A stretch of 64,000 nt of DNA from an uncultured Gemmatimonadota bacterium (GTDB lineage Bacteria > JAAXHH01): positions 1,792,001-1,856,000 of the forward strand of contig OX638340.1 of assembly GCA_951812955.1 (NCBI GenBank), in the 5' to 3' direction. The number at the start of each line of letters is the position of its first letter. Within the stretch, counting starts at the first letter, position 1. Both the position numbers and the translations under genes were made by a program. The notes below the pieces were generated by a model, which saw only the letters and a list, made by a program, of their open reading frames with translations, searched no databases and was not told the DNA's origin. This document shows, piece by piece, positions 29,763-37,496 of this stretch.

Positions 29763-30185
29763 AGGTAGCTCCCAAGTTGCTGAGTGAGGGAATTGGGAAG
29801 GAACTACGACTATGAAGGCCGGGAGGGGATCTTGACTGCCAACGTCGGGGAATTAGATCAGATGAAGCGATTTTGCCATGGGAGTCGTTTGTGGTATGTA
29901 TGAATTCAGGTAGGTATGGGAGTATCAGTGCGGTGCCGGGCAGTGAATTGAGGTGATGTCCACAAATTCGGATCAACCTGTCCAGCGACAGTTTGCCCTG
30001 CATGAACGAGAAGCATTTGCCCACCCAGTTACCGACCATGGCCTTTACCTCGCGGACGTGTCGTGACTGACGGCGTCTCTACCCCGTTTAACTAACGTGG
30101 TCGGTCGCGAGTTCCCATGAAACTGTTACATTTGTAAAAGAAACAGTTAACAATTGCAGACCGGGTCGGTAAAATCTGCTGCAAA

Positions 30186-31409
30186 TCAGGAATTTGAAAC
30201 ATTGGGCGGCCGCAACCCGACATATTTGGCCCGCGGCCGAATCAACTGGTCCCTTTCGTACTGCTCGATCGCGTGTCCGATCCAGCCGGCGGTGCGGCCC
30301 AGGGCGAACAGGGCCATGGCGCTTCCTTCGGGCATCTTAAGGACGCGAACCAGCGCCGTAAGGGCCAGGTCGATGTTGTACCTGTCCGGAATGAGCCGGT
30401 GGGTCGTATCGATGATTTCACGGGCAAGCTGCAGATCCTTCGAACCCGGAAATCGATCTTCCAGCTTGTGCAACAGCAGGCTCGCTCTCGGGTCCTCGCC
30501 GCGGTAAACGGCGTGCCCGAACCCTGGAATCTTCTCGCCAAGCCGCAGCCGGTGGGCGATCGCCAGTTCAGTGCTACCGGCCGATTCCACCTCTTGGAAC
30601 AGCGATTCGACGCGCTCGCTGGCCGCGCCGTGCTTATAGCCGCGCAGTGCGGCGAGTCCCGCGCAGACCGCGCTATAGGGCGTCGTACCTGCCGACGCGG
30701 CGCATCGCACCGTGAAGGTCGATACATTCAACTCGTGATCCGCGAACAGTACCAGCGTCGTATTGATCAACTCCGCCGCGCCATCTATATCCGCGGCCCA
30801 GGCCCTTCGCAAGGCCTGGGCGATCCCGCCCATCGGGTCTACGCCCGTGGCCACCCCCGTCATGAACCAGAGAATCCGCATGCCCGTAGCGGCGACCGCG
30901 TCCCTTCGCAGGTCCAGTGCGGCCAGGTCATCCGCCTCCGCAAGGGGCAGCAATGTTTGAAAGCGTTCGACGGGCTTCAGCGACTTCATTTTCAACCAGG
31001 ATTCCCGAAAATCTCTCTGGTAGGTATTTGAGAAAATCGGAAAGGAGAATCGTTTGTCTCCCGTCCAGATCAGTGCAGCGACGCGCTCAAACGATTCTTT
31101 CGCCGCAAGTATCGTCGCGTCGCGCCCTCTGTAAAACAACCTTTCGTCGGTGATCAGGGTAATGGCCGATTCAAGGATGGGATCTCCTGTATGCAAGGCG
31201 CGCTTGACCGCCCAGCCCGGATTCTGGCGGGCTTTCTTACGGGCCTTCAACCGCTCGATATCTTCACTGCGGTACAAACGCGTCCGCCGGCCGTCTCCGC
31301 TTTCTTCGGATCGGATCATGCCCCGGCTGACGTACGCATATAGTGTCGACGGATTGATGTTCAGTACGGAAGCCGCCTCGGTGGATGTCATGTATCTTCG
31401 GCTGTTCAT
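30186..31409 (-). CDS. Excisionase-type HTH domain fused to a citrate synthase-like domain (putative enzyme-derived regulator or divergent citrate synthase)
   Basis: The N-terminus MTSTEAASVLNINPSTLYAYVSRGMIRSEE...RLYRSEDIERL resembles HTH_17/Xis-like. The rest carries a citrate synthase fold with GFGHAVYRGEDPRA and the HELNVSTFTVR motif. Confidence 0.7.
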   Translation of the reverse strand: MNSRRYMTSTEAASVLNINPSTLYAYVSRGMIRSEESGDGRRTRLYRSEDIERLKARKKARQNPGWAVKRALHTGDPILESAITLITDERLFYRGRDATILAAKESFERVAALIWTGDKRFSFPIFSNTYQRDFRESWLKMKSLKPVERFQTLLPLAEADDLAALDLRRDAVAATGMRILWFMTGVATGVDPMGGIAQALRRAWAADIDGAAELINTTLVLFADHELNVSTFTVRCAASAGTTPYSAVCAGLAALRGYKHGAASERVESLFQEVESAGSTELAIAHRLRLGEKIPGFGHAVYRGEDPRASLLLHKLEDRFPGSKDLQLAREIIDTTHRLIPDRYNIDLALTALVRVLKMPEGSAMALFALGRTAGWIGHAIEQYERDQLIRPRAKYVGLRPPNVSNS

Positions 31410-31450
31410 GAATTAGTCCTCTCGAAAATGAGCTGTTTGGCGGACTGGGC

Positions 31451-31519
31451 CCGTGGCGTCACGGACGGGCCTGAGGTGTCAATGGCGGGCGCGTGGCGTC
31501 AATGGCGGGCCCGTGGTGG
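31451..31519. repeat. Three tandem ~20-bp direct repeats (consensus GCGTGGCGTCAATGGCGGGC) in the divergent promoter region
   Basis: Copies CCGTGGCGTCACGGACGGGC, TGAGGTGTCAATGGCGGGC and GCGTGGCGTCAATGGCGGGC plus a partial 4th copy are read directly. The same intergenic region holds an AT-rich imperfect palindrome TTGATAT...ATATCAA at 31598-31640. Confidence 0.6.
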
Positions 31520-31706
31520 TTCCGGCCGCGGACGGTATGTAAGGTGCGCCGGATTTGCGAGGTGCGCCTTCTATTTATCCCAATTCGAAAATAGATGTTG
31601 ATTGATATTTTAATCAATATTGACAATATATCAAAACGCTTTTTTGTTATATACTGACCGGCCAGAGACGCGCAACGTTCAATCTGACTAGAACAGGAGC
31701 ATTGCT

Positions 31707-32785
31707 TTGCATCATATCGCGGTATTGCCCGGTGACGGGATAGGTCCGGAAATTACTCGAGAAGCGGTAAAAGTACTGAAGGTTGTCGGCAGGTACCACC
31801 ACCTGGATCTTGCCTTCTCCCATCATCTCATAGGAGGAGCTTCGATAGACGCCCGTGGCGATGCGCTTTCTAAAGAGGTAGTTTTACATGCAAGCAAAGT
31901 GACGCGGTCCTTTTCGGCGCGGTGGGCGGCCCCAAATGGGACCACCTCGACATGGCAGACCGGGCGGATCAATCCCTTATTCGTTTAAGGCAGGAACTGG
32001 CCGTGTATGCGAATCTAAGGAAATTCAGTTCGTACGCGGGTTTGGAAGACGCGTCGGCGGTCAAAGCCGATCGCATGGACGGGGGCATTGATTTCATCAT
32101 AGTGCGCGAACTTTCCAGTGGCGCGTACTATGGTCGACCGAAATTCATGGAAAAAACGCCCAGGGGTAGAAGGGCCGTCGACACCATCGAGTACTTCGAT
32201 TTTCAGGTTGAACGACTGGCGCGTTACGGATTCGAACTGGCGCGACACAGGCGATGCAAATTGACCTCGATGTCCAAATGGAACGTTTTGGAAACCTCCA
32301 GGCTCTGGCGCGATGTGGTCGAGGAAGTGGCCAAGGATTATCCCGATGTGGATACACGGCACGAAATAATCGACGCTGGTGCGATGAACCTGATCCTGAG
32401 ACCCAGCGAGTACGACGTCATCATTATGCCCAACATGTTCGGCGATATCCTTGGAGATGAGGCAGCTGTCCTGGCCGGCTCGATCGGTATGGTCCCGTCC
32501 GCGGAGATATCCCTGGATAGCACGTCTTTGTACGAGCCCATACACGGGAGCGCCAATGATATCGAGGGGCGGGACATCGCCAATCCCCTGGGGATGATTC
32601 TAAGTGCCTCAATGCTTCTCAGGTATAGCCTCAATTGCCCGGAAGGTGCCGACAACATCGACCAGGCGGTCGAGACTGTGATCTCGAATGGATACAGGAC
32701 GGCCGATATCTGGTCTTCAGAAGATCAGAAGAAAGTATCAACAACGGAAATGGGGGACCTGGTGGCTGAAATTTTGGCCGCGTAG
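31707..32785 (+). pseudogene. 3-isopropylmalate/isocitrate dehydrogenase family gene (LeuB-like) interrupted by a +1 frameshift
   Basis: Two overlapping ORFs, 31707..31988 ([14 protein letters not shown]-terminus, TTG start, GGAG RBS) and 31922..32785 (GGPKWD...GSANDIEGRDIANPLGMILSASMLLRYSL), together give a ~360-aa IPMDH. The frames meet at a TTTT run at 31882-31885. Adding one T would restore ...[23 protein letters not shown], which matches the LeuB consensus. Confidence 0.6.
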
Positions 32786-32817
32786 CCGTATCAGCTTGAT
32801 TACGACAGGAGCCTATC

Positions 32818-33933
32818 ATGTCTTATTCACCCGGACTCAAGGACATCGTCGCGGCGGAAACTCGGCTGAGTCATGTAGATGGAGAAGCCGGCAAACTGGT
32901 CATCGGTGGATATCCGCTCGAAGGGATCGCGGAACGAGCGACGTACGAGGAGATGGCGCACCTACTCTGGCACGGGTCACTGCCTGACGCGGCCGCCCTG
33001 GATCGATTCGCTGGCGAACTGGCCGCCGGCCTCGCGCTATCCGGTACTTCGATCGACATCCTGCGGAACGCCGCGAAGGAACGCCGCCCCGTCATCGACG
33101 CCGTTCGCATGACCGTTGCCTCCCTTCCCTCCACCGACGATGCCGCGGACGCCCGGTCCCTGGTGACCGGATTGCCGATCGTCGTGGCAGCCTACTGGCG
33201 TCTTCTTCACGGGAAAGAACCTGTAGAACCCGACCCCGTCCTCGGTCACGTGGCCAACCTGCTGTACATGCTGCACGGCGAGATTCCCGGAGACGAACGT
33301 GTACGCGCACTCACGACATACCTCAACACCGTGATCGACCACGGCATGAACGCATCTACGTTCGCGGCACGCGTCATTGTGTCCACACGTTCCGACTTCA
33401 TCTCGGCTGTTACGGGCGCCATCGGCGCGCTTAAGGGTCCGTTGCACGGCGGGGCGCCGGGTCCGGTCATTTCCATGCTCGAAGCGATTGGCGACGCTGA
33501 CAACGCTGACGATGCAGAACGATACCTCCGCAAAAAACTTGAATCAGGTGAACGCCTCATGGGTTTCGGACATGCCGTGTATCGCGTTCGAGACCCGCGG
33601 GCCGATGTACTCTCGCGCGCCGCCAGATCCTTTTTCGCCGATGAAGACGAGCTATACGCCCTGGCCCTGCACGTCGAGAAGACCGCTATCGAACTGCTCG
33701 AAGAATACAAGCCAGGTCGGCGTCTGCAGACCAACGTGGAGTTCTATACCGCCCTGCTCCTCCGAGGGCTGGGCCTCCACCCGGACCTGTTCACCCCCAT
33801 GTTCGCCACGGGACGTGTCGCAGGTTGGGTTGCCCATTGCATGGAACAACGGTCCGTTGACCGCATCTTCCGGCCCGAGTCCCGGTATACGGGCATTGAA
33901 TCAAATCGCTGGACGCCGGTCGAAGATCGATGA
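32818..33933 (+). CDS. Citrate synthase / 2-methylcitrate synthase family enzyme
   Basis: GFGHAVYRVRDPRA, GPLHGGA and the HGMNASTFAARV motif; 371 aa. Confidence 0.8.
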   Translation: MSYSPGLKDIVAAETRLSHVDGEAGKLVIGGYPLEGIAERATYEEMAHLLWHGSLPDAAALDRFAGELAAGLALSGTSIDILRNAAKERRPVIDAVRMTVASLPSTDDAADARSLVTGLPIVVAAYWRLLHGKEPVEPDPVLGHVANLLYMLHGEIPGDERVRALTTYLNTVIDHGMNASTFAARVIVSTRSDFISAVTGAIGALKGPLHGGAPGPVISMLEAIGDADNADDAERYLRKKLESGERLMGFGHAVYRVRDPRADVLSRAARSFFADEDELYALALHVEKTAIELLEEYKPGRRLQTNVEFYTALLLRGLGLHPDLFTPMFATGRVAGWVAHCMEQRSVDRIFRPESRYTGIESNRWTPVEDR

Positions 33934-34029
33934 GCGACGGCAGTTTCTCAGTAGGGAATCGACTTTATCCTAATGGGGCCTTGTCAGTACTTCGGGGTTT
34001 TCTATAGTGCTAGCTATACGGTGCAATCC

Positions 34030-34049
34030 TATTGTACAATTGTACAATA
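34030..34049. promoter_or_regulatory. Perfect 20-bp palindrome TATTGTACAATTGTACAATA (two tandem TTGTACAA boxes)
   Basis: Read directly from the sequence, in the AT-rich intergenic region upstream of the PhyH gene at 34295. The TTGTACAA core recurs at 50788 and 56745. Confidence 0.5.
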
Positions 34050-34152
34050 CAAATCCGAATTGTCAGGTTTGATTCAAGTCCTTGATCGGTCCGAACGGAA
34101 TATACTGGCATTTAGCATTTCATGTTTTCATTTTAGTTGACGTCTGAGCGAC

Positions 34153-34247
34153 TGGCGCATCGGTCGACGGCTGACAAATTGGTCGGCGACTGGCGCAATG
34201 GTCGGCGGCATGCGCAATGGTCGGCGGCATGCGCAATGGTCGGCGGC
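34153..34247. repeat. Five tandem 19-bp direct repeats (TGGCGCAATGGTCGGCGGC-like), ending about 50 nt upstream of the PhyH start
   Basis: Units at 34153, 34172, 34191, 34210 and 34229; the last three are near-identical (A/TGCGCAATGGTCGGCGGC). They share a CAATGG...CGGC core with the 31451-31519 array. Confidence 0.65.
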
Positions 34248-34294
34248 TGGCACTTTCGAAAATCCCAGTATCGATTCCAGGAAAGGAATCCCCC

Positions 34295-35185
34295 ATGGCG
34301 ATGGTCGACATGAAACAGATCCACGGTCTGGAAGATGTCACGGGGCTGCTGACGCGTCCCGACGAACTACGACAACGTGCCGTGGAGCAAGGTTGTCTGT
34401 TCTTTCGCGGACTTCTCGATCCGGGGAGCGTCCTTGAGGTCCGGCGGCAGGTGCTCGGCGTGTGCCGGGACCACGGGTGGCTCGCGGATGAATCGGACCT
34501 GATGGATGGCGTCGCGAATCCCGGAATCCGCGTAGGTGAAAGCGGCATCCCTAGCTGGCAGGCCTTTTACGATGACGTGCAGCGGATCCGCGATTTTCAC
34601 GCGCTCGCACTGGACCCGTCGATGATCGGGATGCTGGAAGCGCTGTTCGGAGAAACGGTACTGGCCCACAGCCGGAATATCTGCAGGCTGGTGTTCCCGG
34701 ATATGAACGCCCACTCGACACCGCCCCACCAGGACAACTACTTCATCGGCGGATCGGACGAGACGTGGACGGCCTGGATTCCCCTGGGCGACTGTCCCGA
34801 GGAACTCGGCGGACTCGCCGTCAACCGGGGATCCCATCGCAGGGGCATGCTGGAGACGACCGAAGGCGTCGGACCCGGCGGGCGGCAGGTGTACGTCGAA
34901 GACGATTCCACCTGGGTCGGCGGCGACTATGAATGTGGCGACGTGATCATTCTCCACAGCCTGACGATCCACCAGGGCCGGGACAACGTGACATCTGACC
35001 GCCTCAGGATTTCGACCGACTACCGTTACCAGCCAAGAAGCCACCCGGTCCGGGAGGATTCACTCCAACCACACATGAACTGGTTGACCTGGGACGAGAT
35101 ATACGAACAGTGGGATGAGGAAGATCCGGTGAAGTACTACTGGAAGGGCTGGGACTTGGACGTGGTCACGCGGGAGCCTCGATAG
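34295..35185 (+). CDS. Phytanoyl-CoA dioxygenase (PhyH) family protein
   Basis: ORF 34217.. trimmed to the ATG at 34295 (AGGAAAGGAA RBS). The upstream part of the ORF is simply the translated repeat array. PPHQDNYF...GSHRRG motifs are present. Confidence 0.7.
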   Translation: MAMVDMKQIHGLEDVTGLLTRPDELRQRAVEQGCLFFRGLLDPGSVLEVRRQVLGVCRDHGWLADESDLMDGVANPGIRVGESGIPSWQAFYDDVQRIRDFHALALDPSMIGMLEALFGETVLAHSRNICRLVFPDMNAHSTPPHQDNYFIGGSDETWTAWIPLGDCPEELGGLAVNRGSHRRGMLETTEGVGPGGRQVYVEDDSTWVGGDYECGDVIILHSLTIHQGRDNVTSDRLRISTDYRYQPRSHPVREDSLQPHMNWLTWDEIYEQWDEEDPVKYYWKGWDLDVVTREPR

Positions 35186-35219
35186 GCGTCGCAGGGAGAG
35201 CAACCGGAGAAACGCCGCT

Positions 35220-36350
35220 GTGCGCATCGTGGGAGCCGCGCTGATCCGCTACTTGAACATGCCCAATTCCTTCTCCAAAACCGTCAAGCACCTGATTCGT
35301 CTCTTCCTCAGTAAACCGATGGCGGCACCGGTTGATATGACGGGACGCCACGTAATCGTAACCGGCGCGTCCCCTGGTTCGCTCGGGTACGAAACCGCGC
35401 GGGTCCTTGCGGGTTGGGGCGCGACGGTCGCAGCAACCTGCGTGCGCAATGTCCCTCTCATGGAAGCGACATTAAAAGACGACTTGCTTAAGCTAGGCGC
35501 CAGTGAGGACAACATCACGGCCCACAGGTTGGACCTCAGCGATCCGGACAGCGTAAACGACTTCGCCGCATGGTACCGCGACAGACACCAGGGTAAGCTC
35601 CACGTACTGGTCAACAACGCGGGCATCCACCGGAAGACCTTCGCACCACGCAAGCAGCCGCCGCTGGCCGAAGATGGCTTCGAAATACACTGGCGGACCA
35701 ACTACCTCGGCGCTTTTCACCTGACCTGGGTCCTGCTGCCCTTCCTGCAACGGACAGGACTCGAAAGCGGCGACGCACGCGTTGTCAACGTGTCCTCCGG
35801 CCTGCACGAACGGGTCGGGAACGAGGACCTTTTCGATGAGGGGACGCGCCACGGAGTGCCGCACCGCGAGGAGCCACGACAAGGAAGACCGCGCGACGGG
35901 GAGCCGCTCCAAGGGGAGCCGCGCTCCGATATGCCGCGCTACCACTCCTGGGACGCCTACGGAAAGTCGAAACTGGCGATGATCCACATGGCATTTGAGA
36001 TCGAAAGACGATTCGCCGAATCCCACAATCTGCACGCGGTGGCTGTGCATCCGGGTGTCGTGATGACCAACCTGACCCTTCCACAGGCGTTTCGTGGACT
36101 GTTGGGCAAGGCATTGCATCGAGTCAGTACCGCGCTGACCTCACTGGTCCTGCTGTCTCCGAATGCCGGGGCGCAGACCATTGTGATGTGTGCGAGCCAG
36201 CGGCAACTGCAAGGTGGGAAATACTACGAGCGCTGCGCCGTCGGCGAGCCGTCCGCGGACAGCCAGGACGAGACCGTGGCAAAACGCCTTTGGGACCTGT
36301 CGGAACTGTGGGCCGGGACGCTCGCACAGTCAGGTGGAGATGCCCGTTGA
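35220..36350 (+). CDS. Short-chain dehydrogenase/reductase (SDR) with an internal Pro/Arg/Glu-rich insertion
   Basis: VIVTGASPGSLGYETAR (TGxxxGxG), NNAG and YGKSK (YxxxK) motifs. There is an unusual insertion HREEPRQGRPRDGEPLQGEPRSD with a GGGGAGCCGC nucleotide repeat. The GTG start at 35220 is uncertain; alternative ATGs lie at 35259 and 35337. Confidence 0.65.
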   Translation: MRIVGAALIRYLNMPNSFSKTVKHLIRLFLSKPMAAPVDMTGRHVIVTGASPGSLGYETARVLAGWGATVAATCVRNVPLMEATLKDDLLKLGASEDNITAHRLDLSDPDSVNDFAAWYRDRHQGKLHVLVNNAGIHRKTFAPRKQPPLAEDGFEIHWRTNYLGAFHLTWVLLPFLQRTGLESGDARVVNVSSGLHERVGNEDLFDEGTRHGVPHREEPRQGRPRDGEPLQGEPRSDMPRYHSWDAYGKSKLAMIHMAFEIERRFAESHNLHAVAVHPGVVMTNLTLPQAFRGLLGKALHRVSTALTSLVLLSPNAGAQTIVMCASQRQLQGGKYYERCAVGEPSADSQDETVAKRLWDLSELWAGTLAQSGGDAR

Positions 36351-36495
36351 CGATTCATGAAGTCCGTACCGGTCCCATCATGTTCAGCTTGACTGCCAGG
36401 ATTCACAAACTGCACGGCATTCGCGGCTCACACGACTCTCACGGCACCCACGGCACGCAGAGTAAAACCGGAATCAATCCACAAGGACATGCAAT

Positions 36496-37257
36496 TTGGA
36501 CAGCGAACTACTGAAACGGGGATTCGCACCTCGGCCGCTGACGGACGCGCAACGCAGCGCGCTGGACACCGATGGCTTCATCGTGCTGGAGGAGGTCATC
36601 TCGCCAGACTGGCTCTCCGAACTGCGCCATGCATTCGATGAGATATTTGACAGCGAGGGCGATAGAGCCGGTGAGGAGGTCTCCCAGATGGAAGGGGTGC
36701 GCCGGCTTGCCGATCTGGTCAACAAGGGATCGGTATTCGATGCGGTTTACCTGCAGCCCGAGCTTTTGACGGCCGTCTACCATGTCCTGCAGAGGCCGTT
36801 CAAACTGCACTCGCTCAACGGGCACGACCCGCTTCCCAGCAACGGGTTACAGGTGCTGCACGCCGATTGGGGCCAACCTGCCGAGCCCGGCGGGCCGTAT
36901 CATGTCGTTAACTCTTTGTGGATGCTCGACGATTTCACCCTCGCCAACGGTGCGTCACGCTGCGTGCCGGGCAGCCACCTGAAACCCGGCAGGATCGGCG
37001 ACCTCGTAACGGACCGCCTGGCGGACCACCCCGACCAGGTACACCTGACGGGCCGTGCGGGATCGGTTGCCGTATTCAACGGCAGCCTCTGGCACAGCTC
37101 GTATGTCAACCTCAGCGGTGCCCCTCGCCGGACCCTGCACTGCGCCTTCATAGCCCGCGAACACCCGCAACAGACTAATCAGCGGGAGTATCTGCGGCCC
37201 GAGACCGCCCAACGGCTATCCCCACTGGCGCGCTACATCCTCGACGTCCCTCCGTAA
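36496..37257 (+). CDS. Phytanoyl-CoA dioxygenase (PhyH) family protein
   Basis: VLHADWG...PGSHLKPG...SLWHSS motifs. TTG start with an AAGGA RBS. Confidence 0.7.
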   Translation: MDSELLKRGFAPRPLTDAQRSALDTDGFIVLEEVISPDWLSELRHAFDEIFDSEGDRAGEEVSQMEGVRRLADLVNKGSVFDAVYLQPELLTAVYHVLQRPFKLHSLNGHDPLPSNGLQVLHADWGQPAEPGGPYHVVNSLWMLDDFTLANGASRCVPGSHLKPGRIGDLVTDRLADHPDQVHLTGRAGSVAVFNGSLWHSSYVNLSGAPRRTLHCAFIAREHPQQTNQREYLRPETAQRLSPLARYILDVPP

Positions 37258-37496
37258 CACGATTACACGGTAGTTTGTTAATTTTTGTAGGGGAATTAGT
37301 ATGTAAAAACAACAATACGGCAGGCAATAGAAGTTGGGTCTAGTTGTTCCCACCCGTATTGTCCCCAAGTGCTGTACTTTCAACGTACATTCAGTCAATT
37401 AAAAAAATCGTGACCCACCTCTTTAATTCTGATGTTCATTCTCCTTCGGGTGATGTTTGGTTTGATTTCAGTCGACATTGTATCCTTACGTGCATT

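Noticed and set aside
29602-30039. ORF 29602..30039 (-) of 145 aa upstream of and overlapping the lipoprotein gene start
   Set aside because: It overlaps the start and RBS of the strongly supported lipoprotein gene on the same strand in another frame. It has no recognisable motifs and is probably non-coding 5' region. A 7-bp inverted repeat AACTGTT-N14-AACAGTT at 30122-30149 is the only structure noted there.
34140-34260. Possible CRISPR array at the 19-bp tandem repeats (similarly the 10-bp repeats at 60207 and the 20-bp repeats at 31451)
   Set aside because: The repeats are directly abutting with no unique spacers, and the units (10-20 bp) are shorter than CRISPR repeats. No cas genes are present. 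They are better explained as operator or iteron arrays.
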